Notes: generated by a model from the sequence alone, not told the origin. 26,448 nucleotides of DNA from an uncultured Spirochaetota bacterium (GCA_963745235.1 CAVUXE010000085.1:1-26448), one strand, 5' to 3'. Shown: positions 8,395 through 18,070, numbered from the stretch's first letter. A program made the numbers and translations.

Positions 8395-9180
8395 AGGAGC
8401 CTCGTCGCGAGACGAGGATCGAAGTTTCTGACGGGGCATTGATCCCCGGAAAAGGGAGAGAAGTCGGCTTTCTCGGCCTGGCGGATTTCCTTTTTCGGGG
8501 CCCTTGCCCTTCTTGTCTTTCTCCCCATCGCCCATCCAAGCCCGTACAGGGAAATCCTTCTCTTTATTCCTGACGGGATCCTCAAGACCTTCGAGGTCAC
8601 TCTTCTGTCCATCGCCTTCGCGCTTGTCGTGGGACTCCTCACGGGGATAGGCCGCATTTCCCGCATTCGGATCATCAACCGGATCGCCACCATCTACGTG
8701 GAAGTCATCCGGGGCATTCCCCTGCTCGTGCAGATCTTCTATATCTACTACGCGCTGGGGAAGGTCGTTCAGGTCCCCGACATCATGGCAGCGGTGATCG
8801 CCATGACCGTCTGCTACGGCGCCTACCTGGGGGAAATCTTCCGCGCCGGCATCCAGTCCATTCACAAGGGCCAGATGGAAGCCGCAATCGCGCTCGGGCT
8901 CACCCGCAGCCAGGCCCTGAGCAGGGTCATCCTGCCGCAGACCGTGCGCGTGGTCCTTCCTCCTCTCGGCAACGAGTTCATTGCCCTCCTGAAGGACTCC
9001 TCTCTGGTGTCCATCCTGGCGGTGTCCGACCTGTTGCGCCGCGGCCGGGAGTACGCTTCCAAGACCTTCTACTATTTCGAGGCCCTGACCGTGGTTGCGC
9101 TCGTCTACCTTGTCATGACCCTCTTTTTCTCGCGCCTCGTCGCGCTCATGGAAGAAAGGATGAACAGGCGTGGCAGATAG
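8382..9180 (+). CDS. Amino acid ABC transporter permease (HisM/GlnP family), +1 frameshift near 8449-8456
   Basis: Motifs [29 protein letters not shown] and [12 protein letters not shown]. The N-terminal part (GTG 8382, [13 protein letters not shown]) joins the frame [18 protein letters not shown] after one base is removed from AAAAGGG. Span is 799 = 3n+1. Confidence 0.88.
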
Positions 9181-9901
9181 GGTCCGCATCATCGACGCGT
9201 CCAAGAACTTCGGGAAGGTCGTGGCCCTCAAGAACGCCACGCTCTCCGTGAAGCCTGGTGAGGTTGTCCTCGTCATCGGACCGTCGGGCAGCGGAAAGAG
9301 CACAATGCTGCGCTGCATCAACAGGCTGGAGAACCTCACATCGGGACAGATCTGGATAGATGAAGACCAGGTGACGGACCGCGCGTCGGACATCAGGAAG
9401 ATTCGCGAAGAGGTGGGGATGGTGTTCCAGTCGTTCAACCTCTTCCCCCACCTCACGGCACTGGAGAACATAACCCTCGCCCCGCGCATCGTGAAAAAGA
9501 CTCCTGAGAAGGAGGCCGTGGCCCTGGGAAAGAGCCTCCTGGCGCGGGTCGGCCTTTCTGAAAAGGAGCGATCCTACCCGGAGCAGTTGTCCGGCGGGCA
9601 GCAGCAGCGCGTCGCAATTGCCCGCGCCCTCGCCATGAGCCCCAAGGTGATGCTGTTCGACGAGCCGACATCCGCTCTTGATCCGGAGATGATCAAGGAA
9701 GTCCTTGACGTCATGGTGGAGCTCGCCAGGGACGGGATGACAATGCTCGTGGTTTCACACGAGATGGGGTTCGCGAGGGCCGCAGCCCACACGGTGGTCT
9801 TCATGGACAACGGAGAGATCATCGAAAGAGGGTCCCCGGAGGCCGTCTTCGCCTCGCCGAAGGAAGAACGGACCCAGCGTTTTCTGAAGCACATCCTGTA
9901 A
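9170..9901 (+). CDS. glnQ: Amino acid ABC transporter ATP-binding protein (GlnQ family)
   Basis: Walker [10 protein letters not shown], signature [26 protein letters not shown] and SHEMGFAR. Confidence 0.95.
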   Translation: MADRVRIIDASKNFGKVVALKNATLSVKPGEVVLVIGPSGSGKSTMLRCINRLENLTSGQIWIDEDQVTDRASDIRKIREEVGMVFQSFNLFPHLTALENITLAPRIVKKTPEKEAVALGKSLLARVGLSEKERSYPEQLSGGQQQRVAIARALAMSPKVMLFDEPTSALDPEMIKEVLDVMVELARDGMTMLVVSHEMGFARAAAHTVVFMDNGEIIERGSPEAVFASPKEERTQRFLKHIL

Positions 9902-9913
9902 AGCACATTCTCT

Positions 9914-9946
9914 AAACGAAAGGGGCCCCCAACTCCGGGGGCCCCT
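9914..9946 (-). terminator. Intrinsic terminator of rpsU, between convergent genes
   Basis: 10-bp stem AGGGGCCCCC/GGGGGCCCCT (9921-9946) with a 6-nt loop and a T-rich tail (TTCGTTT) on the minus strand. Confidence 0.75.
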
Positions 9947-9961
9947 GATTTGATGCCTGAT

Positions 9962-10171
9962 CTAGTAACTCTTCATCTGCGAAACTTTTCGCGCTCTCTT
10001 CATCCGTTTGCGCTCGAGAGCCTTCTTCTTGCGGTTGAGAATGGCGGAAGGCTTCTCGAAGAACTCTCTCTTCTTCCATTCCCGGATGATCCCCTCTTTC
10101 TCGACCTGGCGCTTGAAGCGCTTGATTGCCTTCTCGAGGGGCTCATCATCACTGACTTCGATGTAGGCTAT
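9962..10171 (-). CDS. rpsU: 30S ribosomal protein S21 (69 aa; probable ATA start, alternative GTG 10180)
   Basis: [41 protein letters not shown] is spirochaete-type bS21. SD GGAGG at 10180-10184. Confidence 0.95.
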   Translation of the reverse strand: MAYIEVSDDEPLEKAIKRFKRQVEKEGIIREWKKREFFEKPSAILNRKKKALERKRMKRARKVSQMKSY

Positions 10172-10172
10172 T

Positions 10173-11273
10173 TCACTCACCTCCCTTCGATGCTTTGCCA
10201 GACTCAATCTCCCCTGATTCGGCAGTTTTGTCAAGAATCGGTCCCGCGGTCAGCGCATCAGGGTCCACCGGCACGCCAAGGGCATCTATCTCCCAGTGCA
10301 GGTGCGGGCCGGTTGCAAAGCCCGTCATTCCCACTTTCCCGATCACGTCCCCCTGCCCCACCACGTCTCCCGCTTTCACGTCGATCTCCGAGAGATGGAA
10401 GTACAGCGCATACAACCCGGGAAGAAGCTCGACGACCACCGTGTTGCCCGTGACGATCCTTTCCGCGGCAAGCACCACCCGTCCCCGGCCGCAGGACGGA
10501 ACGGGTGTCCCTTGCGGCGCGGCAAGGTCAAGGCCTTCATGCACCGAGTAGTCCGACCGGTTGTCGGGGAATATGTACTTCCGCCTGTCCCCATACCCCG
10601 AGGTGCGGCGCGCATCTGGAAGCGGATTGCGGAGCATGCCTGTCTCGAAAAGGGCGTCCGCGTGAGGAGTAGTGATTGTGCGGATGAGCTCACGTGCTTC
10701 CGCAAGCTTGCGCGGACTGTCTGACGTGCGAAGCTCCTCCATGCCCTCCGTCATCGCGATCTGCTCGAAGCGAAAGGTCCGCGCGCCGACTGAGAACGGG
10801 GAAAGCTGCACGGCGCTCCTGTCGCCCGCCTTGACAGTCAGCGAAAGCGTGTAGCTGCCCCTCGCCGTAACAGCGGAGACTCCCAGGAGAACGACCCATT
10901 TGTCCTTCTGCGACTGCGAAGGACGGAATCCGGTCCCCTGCGACACGGTTTGCTGCTTCGGTCCGAGGATTTGCGCCGTGAGAGAATCGATCTCTTCGGA
11001 ATCCTGGACTTCAACGCGCACGAGGCCTCCCGGTGTCGCGGCCTGCGGTGCATCTATCTTGGGCTCAAGCGGCGCCTGCCCGGGAAGAAAATAGGAGAAC
11101 AACCCCGTCTCGGGCCGCAGGGCTCCCCAGCTGTACTGGTACTTCGCGTCCTCACTCGTCACGCAGACGCCGAACTGCGGCGATGTCACGAGCAGCGTTG
11201 CAGGCACGGCGGGCTGCGCCGCTGCAAGCCCTGCGGCGAAGGCGAGGCAGGGAATCAGCTCCCGGAGGTTCAT
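10173..11273 (-). CDS. M23 family metallopeptidase (secreted, 366 aa)
   Basis: Signal peptide; Zn motifs HEGLD (HxxxD) and ATGPHLHWE (HxH); YFHLS. ATG 11273 is coupled to the recJ stop (ATGA). Confidence 0.92.
   Translation of the reverse strand: MNLRELIPCLAFAAGLAAAQPAVPATLLVTSPQFGVCVTSEDAKYQYSWGALRPETGLFSYFLPGQAPLEPKIDAPQAATPGGLVRVEVQDSEEIDSLTAQILGPKQQTVSQGTGFRPSQSQKDKWVVLLGVSAVTARGSYTLSLTVKAGDRSAVQLSPFSVGARTFRFEQIAMTEGMEELRTSDSPRKLAEARELIRTITTPHADALFETGMLRNPLPDARRTSGYGDRRKYIFPDNRSDYSVHEGLDLAAPQGTPVPSCGRGRVVLAAERIVTGNTVVVELLPGLYALYFHLSEIDVKAGDVVGQGDVIGKVGMTGFATGPHLHWEIDALGVPVDPDALTAGPILDKTAESGEIESGKASKGGE
10206..10234 (-). promoter_or_regulatory. Possible internal sigma70 promoter for rpsU
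   Basis: TTGACA-N17-GAGATT within the 3' end of the M23 gene. Confidence 0.4.
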
Positions 11274-13369
11274 TTCTTCAAGTCCAGGATGATCAGCTGG
11301 AGGTTCTCCCCTCCGCCGAAAGAGTTTCGAGACAGGCGATAGACGATGTCCACTGTGTCCCCTATCGTGAACTCCGCGGGAAACCGCGAAGCGGCGTTCC
11401 AGTACACGGCCGGCCACTTTGCCTTCCCGGCATCCAGGAGCAGCTTCAGATGGTTGAGGTCGCGGCGCCCGATCAACTCGCAGTGGAAGACTTTCAAGCC
11501 GCGAGAGAGGAATGCCAGCGGGGGATTGCCCTCTCCGAAAGGCTCGAACAGATCCACGATCCGCATCAGGTCGGGTGCAAGGTGCGTCAGCGGAATCTCC
11601 GCGTCAATTGCGATGACCTCTTCCCCCTGAACTGGCGGCAGCTCCTCCACGCGGGAGAAGAATGACTCCAGGAACGAGGCGAGGTGATTGCGCTCGAGGC
11701 TGAACCCGCCCGCGAAGTCATGGCCGCCGTAGGTGAGGAAGTGCTCCCCGTGGCGGGAGAAGAAATCCGCAATCACGCGGTCCCTGTTGCAGCGGATGGA
11801 CCCGATGGCAGTCTCTCCTGCTTCCGCGATCACGATTGCGGGGGCCTTGAAGAAACCCTGTAACCGGGAGGCCATGATACCGGTGATGCCGCGCTGGATG
11901 CGCTCATCATGAACCAGGATGCATCTTCCCCCGGTCCGCGACAGCGAATCCTTTGCCTGGTCAAGCATGAGCTTCCAAGTCGTCTCTCCCATGGTCCTGC
12001 GCCGGGAGTCAAGGCTGACAAGCTGGTCGACCAGCGAATCTGCTTCCTCCGCGGTTTCAGACAGGAAGACGCGCGTTGCCGTTTCGGGCTCTCCCATTCG
12101 ACCGGCGGAGTTCAGAAGGGGGGCAACCTGCCAGGCGATATCCGAAGCGCTGATGCGCTTGCCCAGCAGCTCCCTTCGCTTGAATATCTGCCTGAGCCCG
12201 TTGCGTTCCGGCGCCCGAAGGGCTGCAAGCCCCTCTCGAACGAGGATGCGGTTCTCATCCACAAGAGGCATGAGATCAGCGAGGGTCCCCAGGGTGACCA
12301 GGTCAAGGCGAGCCCTGCACGGGGCGAGGCGGGCATCCTCCCTTGCGAGCACCAGGGCACGGAATACCTCGGCAAGCGTGTCTATCTCGGACAAGGGACG
12401 GGAGCTGTACCTGCCCGCGCGGGAGGCCTCGGAAATCTTCAGGAGGCTTTTCCCAGCCAGCCCGGTGAGGAACTGTGCCACCAGGGGGGTTATGTCGGAA
12501 AGCGAAATGGCGGCGCCGGCGAAGGCCCGTTCCAGGAGACGGGCCTGCCCCGGAGCATCCATGACCAGCACATCGTCCTGCGAGATGAACCCTGCAAGCC
12601 GGGTCTTCTCAAACGCGACGAGACCGGGGACAAAGGTCTCCATGAGCCTCCCCGTCTCCACGAGGTTCGTCATTCTGAGCGCCTCTACGACTATTGTCTC
12701 GTTTGCAGGCCGGGCCGAGAGGAGGCAGATATCCTCTGCAAAGAAAACGGAACGGGAAAATCTCAGCGCCCACTCCAGCTTGGAGGCCACTGCGCACCCG
12801 CACAGGTCCCGAAAGGGATACCCGGGCAACTTTGGATCAACGAGGGCCACCGCGGACGGAAGCTCAGCTGGGGGATTGTGGTGATCCATGACGATGGTCT
12901 CGATGCCCTTCTCCGCGGCAAGCGCAATTTCCGCGACGTTTGACACGCCGCAGTCAACCGTAACCAGCAGGCTGACGCCTGCCGTGAGCGCCTTTTCGAT
13001 CACCTTGGCGGAGAGCCCGTATGCCTCTTCGCCTTCGGGCAGCATCCACTGCACAGCCGCCCCCAGGTCCACCAGCGCCTCATACAGCAGCACCGTCGCC
13101 GTGACGCCGTCCACATCCCTGTCGCCGAAGATCAGGATCTTCTCTCCGCTCTCGATTGCCGCGTTGATCCTTTCCACTGCCTCGGTCATGGAGCTCATGA
13201 GAAAGGGGTTGCGCAGGAGGCGCAGATCGGTTTCGAGAAAGTACTGCAGGGACTCCGGGGCCGTGATTCCGCGCCGGGAGAAAATGGTGGCGGCCAGGAG
13301 GTCCACGTCGAACCTGCGCGCAAGCTCCCTGACAGCCCCCGAGTCGATGGGCGTCTTGTTCCAGATCAT
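11270..13369 (-). CDS. recJ: Single-stranded-DNA-specific exonuclease RecJ with an internal insertion
   Basis: DHH motifs FGDRDVDG, TVDCG and MDHH; GTLADLMPLVDENR; LNSAGRM; DHHA1 GSIR and GGHDFAGG; EPFGEGNP. Confidence 0.95.
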   Translation of the reverse strand: MIWNKTPIDSGAVRELARRFDVDLLAATIFSRRGITAPESLQYFLETDLRLLRNPFLMSSMTEAVERINAAIESGEKILIFGDRDVDGVTATVLLYEALVDLGAAVQWMLPEGEEAYGLSAKVIEKALTAGVSLLVTVDCGVSNVAEIALAAEKGIETIVMDHHNPPAELPSAVALVDPKLPGYPFRDLCGCAVASKLEWALRFSRSVFFAEDICLLSARPANETIVVEALRMTNLVETGRLMETFVPGLVAFEKTRLAGFISQDDVLVMDAPGQARLLERAFAGAAISLSDITPLVAQFLTGLAGKSLLKISEASRAGRYSSRPLSEIDTLAEVFRALVLAREDARLAPCRARLDLVTLGTLADLMPLVDENRILVREGLAALRAPERNGLRQIFKRRELLGKRISASDIAWQVAPLLNSAGRMGEPETATRVFLSETAEEADSLVDQLVSLDSRRRTMGETTWKLMLDQAKDSLSRTGGRCILVHDERIQRGITGIMASRLQGFFKAPAIVIAEAGETAIGSIRCNRDRVIADFFSRHGEHFLTYGGHDFAGGFSLERNHLASFLESFFSRVEELPPVQGEEVIAIDAEIPLTHLAPDLMRIVDLFEPFGEGNPPLAFLSRGLKVFHCELIGRRDLNHLKLLLDAGKAKWPAVYWNAASRFPAEFTIGDTVDIVYRLSRNSFGGGENLQLIILDLKK

Positions 13370-14676
13370 TCCTGGGTGATCTCCTCCAGGATCATCCGCC
13401 TTCGTTCAAGGGCCGCCTCCGTTACCTGCCACGCCGGGGCAAGCAGGCGAAGCGCTTCCTGCACTTTCTCTTCCGTCTCTCCCCTGACCAGGCAAAGCTC
13501 GTCTCCTCGGGACACAACTTCCCCAGCGGACTTGAGGATCTGGATTCCCACCCCGGGAAGCACGGCGTCCTCCTTTCGCGAGCGGCCCGCGCCCAGCACC
13601 ACTGACGCCAGGCCCACTTTGAAGGCGTCGATCCGGCCGACCCTACCGGCCGAGGGCGCGGCGAGAGGCCGGACGATTGGTGCATGAGGGCCGTTCTCGG
13701 GATGCAGGAGGTAGTCTGTTTGTCCCCCTTGAAACTCGACGTTCTTCAGGAAGAGCTCCCACGCCGAGCCGTCGGCAAGCCGCTTGCGGGCAAGCGCCTC
13801 GCCCGCCGCCGGGTTGCTTGCCTTTCCACCCAGCACCAGCATCCAGCCAGCCAGCCTGCAGGTGAGGTCTATGATGTCCACCGGCCCCTTCCCCTGGAGG
13901 CAATCAACGGACTCCTCCACCTCGAGAAAGTTGCCGACCGTCCGGCCCAGGGGCTGCTCCATGTCTGTTATCACGGCCACGACTTTCCTCTGGAGGCCCT
14001 TCCCCGTGCTCACGAGGGAGCCAGCAAGCATGCGTGCCTCATCCAGGTTTTTCATGAAAGCCCCGGAGCCGCACTTCACGTCAAAAACGAGGGCCTCGGC
14101 GCCTTCGGCGAACTTCTTCGACATGATGCTGGCTGTGATGAGAGGGACGGACTCCACGGTGCCCGTCACGTCACGCAGCGCGTACATCCGCCTGTCAGCC
14201 GGCACCACAGTCTCGCTCTGGCCGATCATCGCGAAGCCGATGGTCGAAAGCGCTCGCCTGAAGCGCTCGGGGGAAAGGTCCGTCCGGTAGCCCGGAATGG
14301 ACTCAAGCTTGTCCAGGGTCCCCCCCGTATGTCCCAGGGAACGGCCGCTCATCATTGGCACGCGGATGCCGCACGCCGCGGCAACGGGCGCGAGGACAAG
14401 GGAAATCTTGTCCCCCACCCCGCCGGTGGAATGCTTGTCCACCAGGGGGCCCGGGACGCCGGAAAGGTCCAGCACGTCTCCGGACGCTATCATGGCCCGC
14501 GTGAGCCTGGCCGTCTCCTGGGGGTTCATGCCCCGAAGCACAACAGCCATGAGCAGCGCAGCCATCTGGTAGTCCGGGATCTCTCCGCGGGAGAAGCCTT
14601 GGACCAGGAAATCGATCTCCTCCGGCTCCAGGGCGCGCGCGTCGCGCTTCTTCATGATTATGTCCACCGCCCTCAC
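13366..14676 (-). CDS. pdp: Pyrimidine-nucleoside/thymidine phosphorylase (436 aa)
   Basis: (M)RAVDIIMKKRD, DKHSTGGVGDK, SGRSLGHTGGTLDKLESIPG and DVKCGSGAFMK. GTG 14676 is coupled to the thpR stop. Confidence 0.95.
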   Translation of the reverse strand: MRAVDIIMKKRDARALEPEEIDFLVQGFSRGEIPDYQMAALLMAVVLRGMNPQETARLTRAMIASGDVLDLSGVPGPLVDKHSTGGVGDKISLVLAPVAAACGIRVPMMSGRSLGHTGGTLDKLESIPGYRTDLSPERFRRALSTIGFAMIGQSETVVPADRRMYALRDVTGTVESVPLITASIMSKKFAEGAEALVFDVKCGSGAFMKNLDEARMLAGSLVSTGKGLQRKVVAVITDMEQPLGRTVGNFLEVEESVDCLQGKGPVDIIDLTCRLAGWMLVLGGKASNPAAGEALARKRLADGSAWELFLKNVEFQGGQTDYLLHPENGPHAPIVRPLAAPSAGRVGRIDAFKVGLASVVLGAGRSRKEDAVLPGVGIQILKSAGEVVSRGDELCLVRGETEEKVQEALRLLAPAWQVTEAALERRRMILEEITQE

Positions 14677-15230
14677 CTGGCGCCTCCGTCGAAAGAGATT
14701 CGCCGCAGCGGCACATACTGCGCGCCGCCGCGTCCCAGGAGAGACTGGAACAGAACACATTCTGAAATGGAAAACCCGGTCTCCGGTATCTCCACCCCCG
14801 CGTCCCACCCGGATGCGCCGTGCTCGCCATTGGTGCGTGCAAGCGTGACGTGGGGCGTGAAGCCGCGCCTGTCTTTCTCCCAACCCAGGGGAGCCACCGC
14901 GGATTCGAAGAGCTCCCAGTAGGAACGGAGGCGGCCTTCCTCATCCGCAAGGGATATCCAGAGCACGCGAGGGGTCCCGCGCGGCGGGAACTGGCCCAGG
15001 GGACCCAGCCGTGTGTCCAGCACCGGTCTTTTCAACCGGGGCTCTTCGAAAACGCGGCCAAGTGAGGAGAGAGCCGCATCATCTGCCTCCCCAAAGAAGT
15101 GCAGAGTCAGGTGGTATGCCGACTCGGCCACCCATTTCAGACCGGGATGTCGCTTCTTGATAGGAGCAACGATGGCAGAAATCGAATCAACTGCCGCCGG
15201 CGGCAGGGGAAGAGCGGCGAACACCCTCAC
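14673..15230 (-). CDS. thpR: RNA 2',3'-cyclic phosphodiesterase (2H family, ThpR/LigT)
   Basis: (M)RVFAALPLP start and two HxT motifs (YHLTLHF, PHVTLAR). GTG 15230 overlaps the recO stop. Confidence 0.92.
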   Translation of the reverse strand: MRVFAALPLPPAAVDSISAIVAPIKKRHPGLKWVAESAYHLTLHFFGEADDAALSSLGRVFEEPRLKRPVLDTRLGPLGQFPPRGTPRVLWISLADEEGRLRSYWELFESAVAPLGWEKDRRGFTPHVTLARTNGEHGASGWDAGVEIPETGFSISECVLFQSLLGRGGAQYVPLRRISFDGGAR

Positions 15231-15981
15231 AGCGCAGCCCCGGCGCCTCGAAGCGTGATCAGCTCCCCCTCCAGCACCGACTGGACCATCAGGGGCATCG
15301 TATTTCGCAGCGCTCGCAGGCATGCAGGGTCAAGGGTAATCTCAGCTGCGCTGGGGAGAGGCAGATGGCCGCTTGCTTCGAGGTAGCGCAGGGCCCCGGC
15401 CGGAAACGTGCCGGCCGTCCGCCGGGACGCACGAGGAGCAGAGAAAGCCGTGAATGGAGGTGGAGAAGGAAGCCGCCCCCTGGCGAAGAGGCATACCGCA
15501 GCGGCAGCAGGCATCCGTGGCCGGCTCGGTAGCCGGCCAGGGAAAGAAACCGCCACAGGAACTGGATGGTGACGTACGGCTCGGCCCTGGTTTCCGCGCG
15601 CTCCAGGAGTTGAAGCGATCCGAGAAAGAGTCGAAAGAGCATGTCAGTCGTTTCCCCGGCCGCGTACGACTTGAGCGCGACCTCCGCCCAGAGCGATGCA
15701 GCGGCAATGCGCGAAAGGTCCTTCATCAGCGAATCAAAGGTCTGGCGTATCTCCAGCTCCGTGACTTTGTAGCTCTGCTTCACGGGGTTGTTGTACAGCC
15801 GCGCAACGGAAACAGTGAACGGCTCGCTTCCCATGCGCAGGGAGCTGTGCATCCGGTAGGCGCCGTATGCAACGGCGCGGACAAGGCCCATGTCCGACGT
15901 GAGGAGGACGAGGCTCTTGTGGAACTCGCCAAGCCTTTCCCTGCGGATCACGATTGCCTGGGTGGTGATGTTCCTGTACAT
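15227..15981 (-). CDS. recO: DNA repair protein RecO (~250 aa), two +1 frameshifts (near 15528 and 15413)
   Basis: N-terminal OB fold (AIVIRRERLGEFHK...AVAYGA...EPF). The Zn-finger CCRCG...FLCSSC is in a second frame and the C-terminal helices GALRYLE... are in a third. Span is 755 = 3n+2. Confidence 0.88.
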
Positions 15982-16064
15982 CTCGGCGGGTCCCTGCACG
16001 ATAATAGTTGAGATGCATGGGCGTGGCAAGGCAGTCGGATCGCGTACGATGATTCACCCGTCTT

Positions 16065-16097
16065 CTTAACGGACCCTTAACCGAGGCATGCGACATT
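16065..16097 (+). promoter_or_regulatory. Pho-box-like direct repeat upstream of the phosphoesterase
   Basis: CTTAAC at 16065 and 16076 (11-bp period), 10 nt before a weak -10 (GACATT, 16092-16097). Confidence 0.45.
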
Positions 16098-16119
16098 TGC
16101 CCACGAACGGAGGTGCACA

Positions 16120-18060
16120 ATGAGCAGGACGATTGCCCGGGCTCTCACGGCCGCCGCGGCCGTTGCTTTCCTGGCGGCATGCGCGTCATCCGCTCCTTCA
16201 TCGTCCGGCGGAGACCCGGCCGTCCGGGCGCAGATGGTGGCCGCCGGCAGGGAACCGAGCCTTTCCGCGGACCAGATGACCGCTCTGCTTCGACAGCACG
16301 TGAAGTACGTGTTCGTGATCTACCAGGAGAACCGTTCCTTCGATTCGTATTTCGGGACTTTCCCCGGAGCGGACGGCCTCTTTTCCAAGCCGGCGGATCA
16401 GACCCCGGGCTTCTTGCAGGCCATCGTCAACACAGATGGCTCTCTCACCCGTGTTCAACCATTTCGAATCGGTCCCAAGGAGTTTGCGGCGGATACCGAC
16501 GACGTGGACCACTCTCACGCTCTCCTGGCCGCAAAGATGGATGTCGTGAACGGAACGGCCATGATGGACAAGTTCGCGTTTGCTGAGGAGGCCAAGTACT
16601 CAAAGGGCGGCAAGCCTTCGCTCATGGCCAAACAGTTCGGCGAGCTCGCCATGGCGTACATGGATGGGGACACCGTTCCCTTCCTGTGGCGCTACGCCAA
16701 CCGGTTCGTCCTCTTCGATCGCGTTTTCCAATCCATGGTAGGTCCTTCGACGCCGGGCAACCTCGCGATCATTGCCGCCCAGAGCGGCCAGACACAGGAG
16801 GCGCTGCACCCCGAGCAGAAGTACACCGGCAACGGCAATCAGGGAAAAGGCGTGCCCGTCCTGAATGACAACGACCCGTACTGGGGATCCCCTGAGGATC
16901 AAACCGCCGAGGGCAAGCAGCCTGTCAACCCCAGGGATTTCCCCGGCTACGGCGTCCAGCTGAACCAGACCTACGCGACACTGCCTCTCACTCTCGCGGG
17001 GAAGGACGCGCAGGCGCAGACGAACGCGGACCGTGACGGTCCCGGAGACCTTGGAGATGTTCGGGACGATATCGCTTTCCTCTCGCAAAGCGGGCAGAAA
17101 GCCGTCCCCTGGGCCTGGTTCGAGGAAGGGTATGACAAGGAGCCGACGGACCCGGATCAAGGCCCGACGGACGCCAGCGGCACCCATGCGTCGTACATCA
17201 CGCATCACAACGGTCCGCAGTATTTCGGCTACATCGCCAACAACCCGGACCTGAGCGCGAACCTTCGCGGTCTCCAGGACTTCTTTGCCGCCGTGAGCCA
17301 GGAGTCCCTCCCGTCCGATGGCGGAGTGTTTTTCGTCAAGGGCGGATACCTGAACATCTTTGGAATGAAACCGGCCGACCCGGACCCCGCGGTCCAGCGC
17401 AACTTCCTCGGGGATGACGACCATCCCGCCTACTCCGACGCGCAGATCAGCGAGGCGCTGGTCGCCAAAACGGTCAACGCGATTGCGCGGAGCAAGTACT
17501 GGGGGCAGTGCGCAATCATCCTCACCTGGGACGACTCGGAGGGAGACTATGATCATGTGCCTCCTCCCATCCGCTCCTATGGGCCGGACAAGAGCGTCAT
17601 CACCGACGGCCCGCGGGTGCCTCTGATTGTAATTTCCCCCTACGCCCGCGTCCACCAGATATCCCACGAGACAGGAGATCACGGTTCGGTGGTCAAGCTC
17701 GTAGACATCCTGTTCGGGCTGACTCCCCTGGCCAGGCTGCCGGACGAGCTGAAAGGGCGGGAGGCAGGCAAGCAGGAGCTGGGCCAGAGCGACTGGGGAC
17801 CGAACGATGCCATGACCGCGGAGGTCAGCGACCTCACATCAGCGTTCGATCCCGCGCGATTGTCCGGCTCCGCCGCGCCCCTCCCTCCCGACTACGCGAT
17901 AATCCCGGATGACATCGTCAATGTCCTGCCGCAGCAAAGCGGATACGGTTTGAAGGACATTGGTGTGACTCCCGTGGACGTGGCACGGAACCTGCCAAAC
18001 CCCGTTCCGCCAGATTTCAACCCGAGGCCGAAAACGAATCCCACCCCTGTTGCCCAGTAG
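16120..18060 (+). CDS. Phosphoesterase (phospholipase C/acid phosphatase AcpA family) lipoprotein
   Basis: RBS GGAGG; lipobox FLAAC; VFVIYQENRSFDSYFG, GPSTPG, DDHP, TWDDSEGDYDHVPPP and GPRVPLIVISPYA. Confidence 0.92.
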   Translation: MSRTIARALTAAAAVAFLAACASSAPSSSGGDPAVRAQMVAAGREPSLSADQMTALLRQHVKYVFVIYQENRSFDSYFGTFPGADGLFSKPADQTPGFLQAIVNTDGSLTRVQPFRIGPKEFAADTDDVDHSHALLAAKMDVVNGTAMMDKFAFAEEAKYSKGGKPSLMAKQFGELAMAYMDGDTVPFLWRYANRFVLFDRVFQSMVGPSTPGNLAIIAAQSGQTQEALHPEQKYTGNGNQGKGVPVLNDNDPYWGSPEDQTAEGKQPVNPRDFPGYGVQLNQTYATLPLTLAGKDAQAQTNADRDGPGDLGDVRDDIAFLSQSGQKAVPWAWFEEGYDKEPTDPDQGPTDASGTHASYITHHNGPQYFGYIANNPDLSANLRGLQDFFAAVSQESLPSDGGVFFVKGGYLNIFGMKPADPDPAVQRNFLGDDDHPAYSDAQISEALVAKTVNAIARSKYWGQCAIILTWDDSEGDYDHVPPPIRSYGPDKSVITDGPRVPLIVISPYARVHQISHETGDHGSVVKLVDILFGLTPLARLPDELKGREAGKQELGQSDWGPNDAMTAEVSDLTSAFDPARLSGSAAPLPPDYAIIPDDIVNVLPQQSGYGLKDIGVTPVDVARNLPNPVPPDFNPRPKTNPTPVAQ

Positions 18061-18070
18061 CGGCTTTCTA

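Noticed and set aside
7915-9489. 524-aa minus-strand ORF, and similar long antisense ORFs over recJ, pdp, the phosphoesterase, lon and 23805-24923
   Set aside because: They lie opposite well-supported genes, and long stop-free antisense frames are expected at this GC content.
13366-16029. Long N-terminal extensions on pdp (14883), thpR (15323) and recO (16029), and likewise on M23 (11417) and DUF3631 (3811)
   Set aside because: Most extensions overlap upstream genes. Family-typical N-termini and (A/G)TGA coupling indicate the shorter starts.
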